Positions 52,407-61,920 of a stretch of DNA of 64,000 nt are shown one piece after another (the first letter of the stretch is position 1; the number at the start of each line of letters is the position of its first letter). The stretch is taken from contig DASXUK010000070.1 in the NCBI GenBank assembly GCA_036504875.1, positions 3,483 to 67,482 on the forward strand, given 5' to 3'. Made by a program: the position numbers and the translations under genes. Below the pieces are notes generated by a model, which ran no database searches, was not told the DNA's origin, and saw only the letters and a list, made by a program, of their open reading frames with translations. The stretch comes from Desulfuromonadaceae bacterium (GTDB taxonomy: Bacteria; Desulfobacterota; Desulfuromonadia; Geobacterales; Pseudopelobacteraceae).

Positions 52407-53942
52407 CTAGTGTTTTCCTTCGCCGGGCACGTCATGGCCGCCGGCCGAGTGGCACTCGCTGCAGTTAGTTTTATGTAATTCATCGCCAATATCCACCGGG
52501 TGTACAAACTCAGTCACCTTGGTGCCGGCCGGTATATTCTCCTGAACCTGACCAAGGACATCATGGCAAATCTTGCAGTCCTTGGAGATAATCCTGCCTT
52601 CAGCAGACTTGTGTTTGCCATCATGGCAACGGAAGCAGCCTGGTGTATAGAAATGGCCGATATGGTTGGGATAGGTATTCCAGGCCACCTTCATCTTGGG
52701 GAAGTAGTTACGCTTGTAGATAGCCTGGATTTTCTCGATAGCATGGCCTAATTCAGCACTCTTCTTGGTAAACACTTCGGGATAGTTATTGACATAATAA
52801 TCCCGGATGCCTGCATCAAGCGCCTTGACCGCCTCTTCGGATGATGAATAAGGCTTCTCCAGCAGTTCCACAGCCACCTTTTTGATGTAAGGGAGTTTGC
52901 GGTCAATGGTATTGGATGCAAAATGCTTATCCATCTCTTCACCAGGAGAGTGATAGATGTGCGTGGGCTTGTTGTGGCAGTCGGTGCAATCCATGACCCT
53001 CTTCTCTGCCTTGGCGATCTCATCTTTGGTTAATGGCTTGGCAGGATCCATGTACTCGGTAATCTTGCCATCCTTGCCTTTGACTGCGATGTAGGGGATT
53101 GAGAGCCGCTTCTTGTCGCCCGGTATATATGTTACTTCCCGGCCGATATGCCAATGGATGCCCATTGCATTAGGGGTTTTTGGTGTCCCGCCAATCTTGA
53201 TCATCATATCGATCTCACGGGGAGTATTCTCCTCGTTGGGAGCGTAATGATAAAAAATCTTTTGGCGACCGGCATAGAATTTCTCCGGCCAATGGCAATG
53301 TTCGCAGGTTCCGCGGGCCGGGCGCAGGTGTTCAACCGGCGTCTGAATCGGGGTCGGCCAGGAATGCGTCAGTACAACCCAGACCTGTCGTAAACCGGAG
53401 ATCTTGGCCTTGACATACCAACCCGCGCCTGGCCCGACATGGCACTCGACGCACTTTACCTTGGCATGGGGTGAATCCTTCCAGGCGGTATGCTCCGGCT
53501 CCATAACCACGTGACAGAGCTCGCCGCAAAAGGTGGTGGACTCGGTGAACTCAAAGCCCTTAATGGAGGCGGTCACAACCACCATGAAAAATATGATGGT
53601 GGCAATTATAAAATAGACTGTCAATTTCAGGGAGTGCGGATCATTCAGGTCAAGGCGGGGTAATCGCGGAATTCCGACCTCAGGGTGCTTACGGTAACGG
53701 TTTCTGGTATTCCAGGCGCCGAGCGGGATCAGAACCAGGCCAAATATCAGGATACCAGGGAAGGCGAAGTATACAAACATGCCCAAATAGGGGTTTTCAG
53801 TTCCGGTGAAAGCTTCCAGCAGAATGAATGCAACGATAAGAATGGTTGCAACCAGCGCACAAAGCCCCCCCAGGATGCTGACAGGGTTCATCAAATACTT
53901 ATAAATACTAGGTCTCGCCTTGCTTGGGACGTTCTCTTCCAT
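52407..53942 (-). CDS. imcH: inner-membrane 7-heme c-type cytochrome, NapC/NirT-related, ImcH-like
   Basis: 511 aa. Three N-terminal TM helices, then 7 CxxCH motifs (CGELCH, CVECH, CEHCH, CTDCH, CFRCH, CKICH, CSECH). This matches the published description of Geobacter ImcH. Confidence 0.7.
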   Translation of the reverse strand: MEENVPSKARPSIYKYLMNPVSILGGLCALVATILIVAFILLEAFTGTENPYLGMFVYFAFPGILIFGLVLIPLGAWNTRNRYRKHPEVGIPRLPRLDLNDPHSLKLTVYFIIATIIFFMVVVTASIKGFEFTESTTFCGELCHVVMEPEHTAWKDSPHAKVKCVECHVGPGAGWYVKAKISGLRQVWVVLTHSWPTPIQTPVEHLRPARGTCEHCHWPEKFYAGRQKIFYHYAPNEENTPREIDMMIKIGGTPKTPNAMGIHWHIGREVTYIPGDKKRLSIPYIAVKGKDGKITEYMDPAKPLTKDEIAKAEKRVMDCTDCHNKPTHIYHSPGEEMDKHFASNTIDRKLPYIKKVAVELLEKPYSSSEEAVKALDAGIRDYYVNNYPEVFTKKSAELGHAIEKIQAIYKRNYFPKMKVAWNTYPNHIGHFYTPGCFRCHDGKHKSAEGRIISKDCKICHDVLGQVQENIPAGTKVTEFVHPVDIGDELHKTNCSECHSAGGHDVPGEGKH

Positions 53943-54081
53943 AAATACCCCTTACTAATGTCAGTTGCTATAATTATAGATTGAAAGCGCGTATTTTTAC
54001 AGCCTCAGAAGTTGATTTGTCAAATAAAAATAAAATAATTGGTAAAGCAAGATACTTATTTTAAAAGCGAAATAGGAGAAA

Positions 54082-54116
54082 CTCAAAAGGCTGCGCTTAC
54101 CGCGCAGCCTTTTGAG
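54082..54116 (-). terminator. rho-independent terminator after the CbcL-like gene
   Basis: Perfect 15-bp stem CTCAAAAGGCTGCGC-ttacc-GCGCAGCCTTTTGAG. On the minus strand it is followed by T-rich GTTTCTCCTATTTCGCTTTT. Confidence 0.75.
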
Positions 54117-54139
54117 GAAACACTGCATTTATTTAGTAC

Positions 54140-56008
54140 TTAGTGTGATCCACCTATAAAGGCCATGATCATCAGTGCCAGCAATCCTAAACCGGTAAAC
54201 AGGGCTATGAATCCGAAGCCTTTAACCAGGAAATCGTAAGCCACACCACTGGTGCGCTTGCAGGCAAACTTCTCGGTGATGCCTAGCTCTTCATAACGCT
54301 TCCACTGATCGCCACGCTCCTCGATCATCTCTTCCTTGGCAATCTGACCATTGAAAATCACGAAATCCATGGGGAATTTTTCAGGTCGTCCGTGCGTATT
54401 GAAAAAGTGGACGCTGAAAATAAAGCCGGTTGCCAGTAAAGCCTCATCAGAATGAACAATGGTGGCAACGTTAAATGCCCAACCCGGAAGGAATATTCCG
54501 AATATTTCGGGGAACCAGAGCATCAGACCGGAACCGCCAATGGCAAACATACCCCAGAAGACAGCGATGAAGTCAAATTTTTCCCAGTAAGTCCAGCGCT
54601 CAAAGGTAGGTTTTGGTCCCTTGAAGAAGAACCACTTCACCATGGCGACTACATCCTTGATATCGCGGAAGTTCGGACAGAGAGAGTCAGGACCGAACAG
54701 GCGCTGCAGGAAATTTCCGGGAATGTCTTTTCTTATGAACAGGAAGTGAATGCTCATAGCCAGTGCTGAAGCGAAGTAGACAAAGGTGATGCCGGCGCAG
54801 ATGCGGTGAATGAAGCCTGCATTGGCCGAACCTCCGTATATTTTCATCATGGCCAGAGCCCAGGCCTGATCGCTGAATTTAAGCGGCAGACCGGTCAGTG
54901 ATAGGCCGAGAAAGCTGGTTATAACCAACAGGTGTAGGAAAATGTGCAGTCGGGTAAAGCGACGATATTGCTTGTGCGCATCAGCTATAACAACGTGGTG
55001 GTGACCGTTTGCCAGTTTATCGGCTTTTTCACGGTTCTCAACAAAGCCGCGGAACATCCAGAACAGGGTGTGGATCCAGAAAACACCAAAGGTACCAACC
55101 AGTAGACCGGTCATACAAATAAACGTGTAGAACAGAATCGGGTATTTTTCCCGATCGCTGTGCTCGCCATGGGCATAAAATTTAGTGAAGAAAGGTGTAG
55201 CCTTGGGATGACATTGGGCACAGGTTTTGACAAGGTTTTCAGGGTTGACGCTTGATTTAGGGTCATCTTTAGGTAAAACAGAATGTGCGGTATGGCAGTC
55301 TGCACAGCCAGCCACACGTTCCGGGAAGCCCAGACGATAGTTCTTGCCGTGGTAGCTTTCCATGTAGGTCTTTACTGCAACATTGTAGACCTTGTTCTTG
55401 GCCATCAGTTTGTCATTGCTATGGCACTTGAGACAAACCTTGGTATGAAAATCGCGGTTGGCATGCCCTTTGGGGTCACCCAGGGGTTTGATGTCATGCA
55501 GATTATGGCAATCATTACATGCTGCTGAATCCATATTCCCAGCAGTTACTGCCCTGCCATGCACGGACTGCTGGAAGACCTTTTCCTTGTCATGGCACTG
55601 GATACATTTTGCTATAACCTTCCGCTTGTCGCCTTTCCAGGAGCGATGGATATGAATGTCGGTGTGGCAGTCTGCACACATTACACCCTTGCTGACATGG
55701 ACGCTGGCGTAGTGTTCAGCGTTTTCCTTCTTGTGGCAACGCTCGCACTGTACCTTCTGGACCTTGATCTCTTTCCTCATATGTTTGGCGAGATCTGTGA
55801 TATCCACGTGACAGCTGGTACAGGCATTCTTGCCATGGACAGATGCCGCAAATGCCGCTACAGAGATCTTATCGCTGTGACAGCCGAGGCAGGTAGCCGG
55901 ATCTATCGCCATCCCTTGTTCGGCAAAGGAAGGTATAGACCAGGCAATAAATGACACCAGTACCATGAGAAAACAACTAACAACAGACCGCATAGACGAC
56001 TCCTTCAT
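54140..56008 (-). CDS. cbcL: fused 9-heme c-type cytochrome + membrane cytochrome b (HydC/FdnI-like) domain, CbcL-like
   Basis: 622 aa. Signal peptide, 9 CxxCH motifs (CLGCH, CTSCH, CERCH, CADCH, CIQCH, CNDCH, CLKCH, CADCH, CAQCH), then ~6 TM helices. The likely true start is the ATG at 55991-55993 (MRSVV...), preceded by AAGGAG. Confidence 0.72.
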   Translation of the reverse strand: MKESSMRSVVSCFLMVLVSFIAWSIPSFAEQGMAIDPATCLGCHSDKISVAAFAASVHGKNACTSCHVDITDLAKHMRKEIKVQKVQCERCHKKENAEHYASVHVSKGVMCADCHTDIHIHRSWKGDKRKVIAKCIQCHDKEKVFQQSVHGRAVTAGNMDSAACNDCHNLHDIKPLGDPKGHANRDFHTKVCLKCHSNDKLMAKNKVYNVAVKTYMESYHGKNYRLGFPERVAGCADCHTAHSVLPKDDPKSSVNPENLVKTCAQCHPKATPFFTKFYAHGEHSDREKYPILFYTFICMTGLLVGTFGVFWIHTLFWMFRGFVENREKADKLANGHHHVVIADAHKQYRRFTRLHIFLHLLVITSFLGLSLTGLPLKFSDQAWALAMMKIYGGSANAGFIHRICAGITFVYFASALAMSIHFLFIRKDIPGNFLQRLFGPDSLCPNFRDIKDVVAMVKWFFFKGPKPTFERWTYWEKFDFIAVFWGMFAIGGSGLMLWFPEIFGIFLPGWAFNVATIVHSDEALLATGFIFSVHFFNTHGRPEKFPMDFVIFNGQIAKEEMIEERGDQWKRYEELGITEKFACKRTSGVAYDFLVKGFGFIALFTGLGLLALMIMAFIGGSH

Positions 56009-56306
56009 TAAGTTTGACTAATCCAGGTGTATAATTTTGATATACACTACACCAAAATAATTATGAAAATCAACATAATTGAAATCCTTTAGATGATGTT
56101 AACCTGGGCGAATTGCTAGACAATCCAAATGTTTTATTTGAATGCTTTGCATTGTCTTTTAATAAAACAAGTTGACTCAACAACTAGGGCGCCAAAGGCG
56201 CTAAATTGAGAGCAATCTTGACTTTAACAGCCCCTTTTGTTAGCTTGTAACAAATAAAACAAAGTTTTTGCCTTGTTATAAGTGCCATTAAATACATGGA
56301 GTAGAA

Positions 56307-57380
56307 ATGCATAAGAAACTTTTTATACCCGGTCCAATTGAGGTGCATCCTGAGGTCCTGGCTGCTATGGCAACGCCTATGATAGGCCATCGCATGAAGG
56401 AATATGCCGAACTTCATGGAGCTGTTAAAACGAAACTCAAGAAGCTGCTCTGCACGGACGGGAAGGTGTTTTTGGCAACTTCCAGCGCCTTTGGCGTTAT
56501 GGAGGGAGCCGTACGAAACCTGGTCGGCAAACGCTGTGCGAACTTCTGTAATGGCGCTTTTTCGGATAAATGGCATGATGTAACCTTGCGGTGCGGCAAA
56601 CAGGCAGATGCAATCCGATTCGACTGGGGCCAGCCGGTCTCACCTCAGGTGGTGGAGCAAACCCTGGCCAGCGGCAAATATGACAGCATGACCATGATCC
56701 ATAATGAAACCTCGACCGGCGTAATGTCGCCTCTGGCAGAAATCGCCGAAGTCATGCGTAAATTTCCAGAGGTGATGTTTATAGTGGATACAGTTTCTTC
56801 TATGAGTGCTGTTAATATCCCTGTAGACCAACTAGGGATTGACTGCTGCATTTTCGGCGTGCAAAAAGCCCTGGCCTTACCGCCCGGATTGGCGGTATTC
56901 ACTGCCAGTGAAAAGGCGCTTAGCAGAGCATCCGGCATGGAGGGTCGCGGATACTATTTTGACTTTCTGGAATTCGACGCTAACGATGCCAAGGACAACA
57001 CCCCTTCCACTCCTTGTATATCGCTGATCTATGCCTTGAATTGTCAGCTGGATCGGATATTCAAGGAGGGGCTGGAAAACCGCTGGGAGCGCCATCAGGT
57101 TCTGGCAGACTACGTCCGTAACTGGGTAGGAGCTAGGGGATTCGAACTCTTTCCCGAGCTGCCATTCTGTTCCCTGACCCTAACCTGTGCACGGAACAGC
57201 CGCAACATAGACCTGGCGCTGCTCAAGAAAAAATTAGGCGAGGCGGGATTTGCATTTGATGACGGCTACGGCAAGATAAAAGGACAGACATTCCGCATAG
57301 CGCATATGGGAGATATGACTCCCGCTCAACTAGATGAACTTTTCGCAGCCATTATTACCATTATGCCGGAACTTGCCTAG
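56307..57380 (+). CDS. class V pyridoxal-phosphate aminotransferase (serine/alanine-glyoxylate type)
   Basis: 357 aa. LFIPGPIEVHPEVL start, plus the SGKYD...HNETSTG and FGVQKAL (PLP-Lys) regions. Confidence 0.8.
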   Translation: MHKKLFIPGPIEVHPEVLAAMATPMIGHRMKEYAELHGAVKTKLKKLLCTDGKVFLATSSAFGVMEGAVRNLVGKRCANFCNGAFSDKWHDVTLRCGKQADAIRFDWGQPVSPQVVEQTLASGKYDSMTMIHNETSTGVMSPLAEIAEVMRKFPEVMFIVDTVSSMSAVNIPVDQLGIDCCIFGVQKALALPPGLAVFTASEKALSRASGMEGRGYYFDFLEFDANDAKDNTPSTPCISLIYALNCQLDRIFKEGLENRWERHQVLADYVRNWVGARGFELFPELPFCSLTLTCARNSRNIDLALLKKKLGEAGFAFDDGYGKIKGQTFRIAHMGDMTPAQLDELFAAIITIMPELA

Positions 57381-57430
57381 AGGCCAATTGCCCTAAAGAT
57401 AATTAAGTAAGAAGGGGAAGGAGATATATC

Positions 57431-57610
57431 ATGAAATGCCCGAATTGTGGAGACAGAACCCTCATCAACATTGATATGCATTCTGAAGGCTTTTCATCGG
57501 ACGAATCACCGGTCAAGGAATGCGGCGCCTGCGGATTGGTTTGGAGAGTTAAACACGAAGCCGGTGTAACGACCATCGATATCATAAAAGCGGCTGAGCC
57601 ACAGAAATAA
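57431..57610 (+). CDS. 59-aa zinc-ribbon protein (CPNC...CGAC)
   Basis: Not in the ORF track. GGAGATATATC-ATG RBS. Reads MKCPNCGDRTLINIDMHSEGFSSDESPVKECGACGLVWRVKHEAGVTTIDIIKAAEPQK*. Two CxxC knuckles, followed by a terminator hairpin. Confidence 0.5.
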   Translation: MKCPNCGDRTLINIDMHSEGFSSDESPVKECGACGLVWRVKHEAGVTTIDIIKAAEPQK

Positions 57611-57612
57611 TT

Positions 57613-57633
57613 ACCCCCCCGGCTAAGGGGGGT
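57613..57633. terminator. GC hairpin between convergent small genes
   Basis: ACCCCCC-cggctaa-GGGGGGT sits between the zinc-ribbon ORF stop (57610) and the rubredoxin stop (57640). Confidence 0.5.
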
Positions 57634-57639
57634 TAAGGG

Positions 57640-57798
57640 TTATTCCAGCTCAAAAACGTCTTTTCCGGCACCGCATAGCGGACAAGTCCAGTCTTCCGGA
57701 AGTGATTCGAAAGGGGTTCCAGCAGGAATTCCCCGGTCGGGATCGCCCAAGGCTGGGTCGTAGATGTACTGGCAGATGGTGCAGGTCCAACGTTGCAT
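57640..57798 (-). CDS. rub: rubredoxin
   Basis: Not in the ORF track (52 aa). [52 protein letters not shown]. Canonical CxxC...CPxCG motifs and an AAAGGAGAA RBS. Confidence 0.93.
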   Translation of the reverse strand: MQRWTCTICQYIYDPALGDPDRGIPAGTPFESLPEDWTCPLCGAGKDVFELE

Positions 57799-57815
57799 AA
57801 TAATTTCTCCTTTTC

Positions 57816-58007
57816 CTACTTATTTTCCCAGCTGATACATTGAACTGGGCAGGCGTCGATAGCCTGTTGAATATCCTTTTCAGGGGCACCGGCGGGATCG
57901 TAACATTCTGATTTTCCTGAATCGTCGAACCGAAAAACACCGGGGCAGGTCGAAATGCAGAGTCCGCAACTTATGCAGCTATCTTGGTCAACCCAAGGTT
58001 TTTTCAT
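57816..58007 (-). CDS. small single-cluster ferredoxin
   Basis: 63 aa from the ATG at 58005-58007 (AAAGGAGGA RBS). [25 protein letters not shown]...[11 protein letters not shown], i.e. CxxCxxC...CP cluster ligands. The ORF track start at 58049 is too long. Confidence 0.88.
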   Translation of the reverse strand: MKKPWVDQDSCISCGLCISTCPGVFRFDDSGKSECYDPAGAPEKDIQQAIDACPVQCISWENK

Positions 58008-58112
58008 AGCAATCCTCCTTTTGACAATAGCTGAAATGTATACCAGCATCTCTGAACTGTCAATCTGACAACGCTGACAACGGGGAATCTGTTATAAAAC
58101 AGGAGCAGAACA

Positions 58113-58736
58113 ATGATATTTGAAATTGTGGTGGTTGGCCCTTTGGAGGTCAATTGTTTCATACTGGGTTGCAAAGAAACAGGTGAAGGAATTGTGGTTG
58201 ACGCCGGCGGCGATGCTGACAAGATCCTCACCGTTGTTCAAAATCATGACCTGACCATCAAGCAGGTTATCAGCACCCACGGCCACTTTGATCATATTGG
58301 CGCAAACCGATCGCTAATTGAGCGTTTCAGCGCCAGTTACCGTATTCATGAAGCCGATGTGCACATGCTGGAGCGTGCTGCCGATGTTGCTCGTGCCTAT
58401 GGTATGCGAGGAGACAACTCACCCCCGCCGGATGCGTTTTTAGAAGATGGTATGGAGATAGCTCTCGGTAAAGTCCGGATCAAGGTGCTTCACACGCCGG
58501 GACACACACAGGGAGGCTGTTGCCTGTACATGGAAGATGAAAAGAAGATCATAACTGGCGATACCCTTTTTGCCGATTCCATCGGCCGCACCGATCTTCC
58601 CGGGGGATCGCACCAGCAGTTGCTCGACAGTATCCGGACCAAGCTTTTCACATTGCCGGCCGATGTAGTGGCCTATCCGGGCCATGGCCCCCAAACAACC
58701 ATTGGCCACGAAAAAGCTAACAACCCTTATTTTTAG
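58113..58736 (+). CDS. MBL-fold metallo-hydrolase (glyoxalase II-like)
   Basis: 207 aa. THGHFDH metal motif, and later HTPGHT and GHG motifs. Confidence 0.85.
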   Translation: MIFEIVVVGPLEVNCFILGCKETGEGIVVDAGGDADKILTVVQNHDLTIKQVISTHGHFDHIGANRSLIERFSASYRIHEADVHMLERAADVARAYGMRGDNSPPPDAFLEDGMEIALGKVRIKVLHTPGHTQGGCCLYMEDEKKIITGDTLFADSIGRTDLPGGSHQQLLDSIRTKLFTLPADVVAYPGHGPQTTIGHEKANNPYF

Positions 58737-58745
58737 AGGTAGCAT

Positions 58746-59948
58746 ATGCTGAACAATAAACAGATTGTGCTCGGTGTCACCGGCGGCATAGCGGCCTATA
58801 AGGCCGTTGAATTACTGCGTCTTCTTACCAAGGCTGGTGCGGTTGTGCATGTAGTGATGACCAGCGCGGCGCAGGAATTTGTAACCCCGCTTACCTTTCA
58901 AACCCTGTCCGCCAATCCGGTGCACACTGATATATTCAACCTTATTTCGGAAAGGGAGATCAGCCACATCTCATTGGCCGATCGCGCCGACCTGTTTATA
59001 ATCGCTCCTGCCACGGCCAATATCATCGGCAAGATTGCCGGAGGCATTGCCGATGATATGCTCACCACCACAGTAATGGCTACCAAGGCGCCAGTACTGC
59101 TAGCTCCGGCCATGAATGTCAATATGTTCACCAATCCTTTTTACCAGGAAAACGAGGAGAAACTGCGGCAAAGGGGTTATCTGTTTGTTGCGCCGGAAAA
59201 GGGTTTTTTGGCCTGCGGTTGGGAAGGGGAAGGGAAACTGGCAGCGGTTGAATCCATATTTGAAGCCGCCGTCACAGCGCTTACCCCCAAGGACTTGATC
59301 GGCCAAACCATAATGGTGACTGCCGGCCCGACCCGCGAGGAAATCGATCCGGTAAGATTCATCAGTAACCACTCATCCGGCAAGATGGGCTATGCCCTGG
59401 CTCGGGCCGCTTCACGCCGAGGTGCCCAGGTAATCCTGATCAGCGGTCCAGTATCGCTGGCGGCACCGGATGGCGTTGTACGTATTAATGTGGAAAGCGC
59501 CCAGCAGATGCATGTTGCTGTCATGTCCCGGATCAGTGGCTGTTCAGCCGTAATCAAGGCGGCTGCGGTGGCGGATTACCGGCCGGATGAGCGCCGGGAA
59601 GCGAAGATCAAGAAGCAGGAAGCTGAAATGGTCATCAAGCTGGTAAAAAATCGGGACATCCTGGCGGAGTTGGGCAAGCTCGAGCACCGGCCTTTATTAG
59701 TCGGCTTTGCGGCTGAGACCGGCAACCTGAAAGCGCTGGCTGCGCAAAAGCTGGAAGAGAAGAATCTGGATCTGATTGTGGCGAATAATGTGAGCGAGAC
59801 CGATGCCGGTTTCAATGTGGATGATAATCGCGCCGTGCTGTTATTCCGCGATGGCCGTGAAATAGAATACCCTTTGATGACCAAGGAAAATTTAGCCGGC
59901 ATAATCCTCGATCATATTTCAGCTGAATTGAAAATCAAGGTTTGCTAG
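58746..59948 (+). CDS. coaBC: bifunctional phosphopantothenoylcysteine decarboxylase / phosphopantothenate-cysteine ligase
   Basis: 400 aa. Flavoprotein N-terminal domain (GVTGGIAAYK, PAMN) and CoaB domain (ISNHSSGKMG). Confidence 0.95.
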   Translation: MLNNKQIVLGVTGGIAAYKAVELLRLLTKAGAVVHVVMTSAAQEFVTPLTFQTLSANPVHTDIFNLISEREISHISLADRADLFIIAPATANIIGKIAGGIADDMLTTTVMATKAPVLLAPAMNVNMFTNPFYQENEEKLRQRGYLFVAPEKGFLACGWEGEGKLAAVESIFEAAVTALTPKDLIGQTIMVTAGPTREEIDPVRFISNHSSGKMGYALARAASRRGAQVILISGPVSLAAPDGVVRINVESAQQMHVAVMSRISGCSAVIKAAAVADYRPDERREAKIKKQEAEMVIKLVKNRDILAELGKLEHRPLLVGFAAETGNLKALAAQKLEEKNLDLIVANNVSETDAGFNVDDNRAVLLFRDGREIEYPLMTKENLAGIILDHISAELKIKVC

Positions 59949-60868
59949 CCTCGGCGACCCTTTCCGTTGTGTAACCCCTCAAGTAATTTTGGTTTGTGTA
60001 GTGCCTGAAGCAACCTTCCCCTGACCGCCTCCACCTGCTCCAAGCCTTCCAGCTTTGTCAGACGCCCGCTCTTATAAAGTAGCCGCAGATTTTTCCTGAA
60101 GGCCTCGGCCGTTGCCAGTGCCCGTTCACCGGTAGGATCCGTGGAGGGGTGTTTTGAATCACCTGCCAGTTGCAGACAATCAAAAACCGCCTGCTCGGTC
60201 AGTTTCAGATATTCAACCCGGTCTTCTTGTGAGAGTACGTAGCGTGAATTGTTAGAGAGCGTCTGCATGACCCTTTGCCACTTCTCCAGCCGCGACAAAA
60301 GCATGATTGAATTGAAGATGCGTTTATTGGTGCCGAAAGAAAAGATGGTGGGGGTTAACACCTTTCTAAACAGCACGTCATTCGCCTGCTGGTCGGTTTG
60401 ACAGACCTCCCGGGCCCGGTCCCAGACTTCTTTTTCCACAAAGGTTTCAAAGCGCATCTCCCAGTAGGTATGCTTCATGGTAACTGTGGCAAAAGAACGC
60501 ATGATCTTGTAGGGCACATAGTAGTTATGGGCGATTGAGTCAGCCGCCAGGTGGGAAAGATAGCCATAGGCACAGGCTTGCTCTCCGTCAGTAACTGCAG
60601 CTTTGAGGACCTTCTGGCCAACCTGCCAGCGATGGCAATTCAGCAGGTAATGGGTGTATTTTTTGCCCAAGGTAATATCAGCGGCGATACAGCCGTAAAG
60701 ATAATCGCGAGGATGGGCCGCCAAAATTGCAGCAATCGCCGCGGGCACCAAACTCAGGTTATCAAGTACTTTGAGGCCTACCTGAAGATGAATTCCGCCA
60801 CCCCAGGCAAAAGCCTGCTCTGGAACGCAGACAATTGTCAGGATCACGATGAAAAAATATAGGAACAT
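59945..60868 (-). CDS. zinc-dependent phospholipase C / P1-nuclease-fold family protein (putative)
   Basis: 307 aa. Signal-like N-terminus ending AFAWGGGIHL (mature N-terminal Trp/His as in Zn-PLC), then His-rich sites (HLAADSIAHNYY). Confidence 0.45.
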   Translation of the reverse strand: MFLYFFIVILTIVCVPEQAFAWGGGIHLQVGLKVLDNLSLVPAAIAAILAAHPRDYLYGCIAADITLGKKYTHYLLNCHRWQVGQKVLKAAVTDGEQACAYGYLSHLAADSIAHNYYVPYKIMRSFATVTMKHTYWEMRFETFVEKEVWDRAREVCQTDQQANDVLFRKVLTPTIFSFGTNKRIFNSIMLLSRLEKWQRVMQTLSNNSRYVLSQEDRVEYLKLTEQAVFDCLQLAGDSKHPSTDPTGERALATAEAFRKNLRLLYKSGRLTKLEGLEQVEAVRGRLLQALHKPKLLEGLHNGKGRRG

Positions 60869-60959
60869 GATGTATTCTTTCGCTTTGACAGGCTGATTAA
60901 GTTACTGTTACAGTTTCAAGTCATATTACTCCATTATCAGGTCTGAATACAATCAAGCT

Positions 60960-61736
60960 ATGAAAAAAGCCTACTCATTCAATACTGTGGCGGCAGCATC
61001 TATCAAAGAATACCTTCTGGCGCTTCAGGAAAGCGGACTGGAAGGTATCCCTCCCAGCATCCTCTACAGCACATCTTTGCCCCCCGCGGCACAGCTGACA
61101 CCCCTGCCGGCAGCCCCTGAATCACATCCGGCAGATATGTTGAAGCACGAATCACTGGAAAAAATCCGTAAGGAACTTGGAGAATGCCAGGGCTGCAAGC
61201 TGGCTAAAACAAGAACAAATCTGGTTTTTGGGGTTGGTAATCATCAGGCGCGGCTTATTTTTGTAGGAGAGGGGCCGGGAGCGGATGAGGACAAACAGGG
61301 GGAGCCATTCGTTGGCGAGGCTGGACAGGTATTGAATCGCATCATCTCGGCCATGGATCTGAAACGGGAAGAGGTCTATATCTGCAATGTGGTCAAGTGT
61401 CGCCCCCCCAAAAACCGCGATCCGGAGCCGGAGGAGATTGCCGCCTGCTCAAAGTATCTGTTGCGGCAGATCCGTTCGATAAATCCGGAGGTAATTGTGG
61501 CGCTAGGGAAATTTGCGTCCCAGACCTTACTGGCAACCAAGGAGCCTATCTCCAGGTTGCGTGGAAACTTCCGCGATTTCCACGGCATCCCGCTCATGCC
61601 GACTTATCATCCCTCCTACCTGCTGCGCAAACAGGGCGAGGGGAGTATGGAAGCCTTTTGGGAGGTATGGGACGACATGACCCAGGTGCTCAGGCTGCTT
61701 AAGCTGCCGGTGCCGGAGAAGAACAGAAAGAAGTAG
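60960..61736 (+). CDS. udg: family 4 uracil-DNA glycosylase with ~70-aa N-terminal extension
   Basis: 258 aa. CQGCKL (Fe-S Cys), GEGPGADED, the CRPP..NR region and HPSYLLR motifs. Confidence 0.88.
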   Translation: MKKAYSFNTVAAASIKEYLLALQESGLEGIPPSILYSTSLPPAAQLTPLPAAPESHPADMLKHESLEKIRKELGECQGCKLAKTRTNLVFGVGNHQARLIFVGEGPGADEDKQGEPFVGEAGQVLNRIISAMDLKREEVYICNVVKCRPPKNRDPEPEEIAACSKYLLRQIRSINPEVIVALGKFASQTLLATKEPISRLRGNFRDFHGIPLMPTYHPSYLLRKQGEGSMEAFWEVWDDMTQVLRLLKLPVPEKNRKK

Positions 61737-61867
61737 GTGCGCACTGCGTATGCCTCTATAGCCTGTGCAGTCCTCTTGCAAATGTGAGAATGGGGAGGCG
61801 TCCCTATTTCCCCAAACGCTCCTTAATTTGTATCGTATTTAAGGTTTAGCAGCCCGGAATAAATAGA

Positions 61868-61920
61868 ATAAATAGGGACATCCGCCAATTAAAGGGGAAG
61901 AACAGGACGTCCCTATTTAT
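61868..61920. repeat. 12-bp perfect inverted repeat (ATAAATAGGGAC / GTCCCTATTTAT) with 29-nt loop
   Basis: Arms at 61868-61879 and 61909-61920. A third copy of GTCCCTATTT lies at 61800-61809. Confidence 0.6.

Noticed and set aside
56014-56047. TTGACT and a perfect TATAAT (56030-56035), plus the inverted repeat GTGTATA-N7-TATACAC (56027-56047), just upstream of the CbcL-like gene
   Set aside because: The -35/-10 spacing is only 10 nt, and the orientation points away from cbcL, towards a gene 270 bp away, so it is not a credible sigma-70 promoter. The 7-bp inverted repeat could be an operator, but a single AT-rich dyad in an AT-rich spacer is not enough evidence.
57403-57585. 60-aa minus-strand ORF
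   Set aside because: It is antisense to the zinc-ribbon ORF, which has an RBS and paired CxxC knuckles. The minus-strand ORF has neither an RBS nor motifs.
57650-57940. 96-aa ORF from the track covering the rubredoxin/ferredoxin region
   Set aside because: It is out of frame with two canonical small genes (rubredoxin 57640-57798, ferredoxin 57816-58007) that each have an RBS and complete metal-binding motifs.
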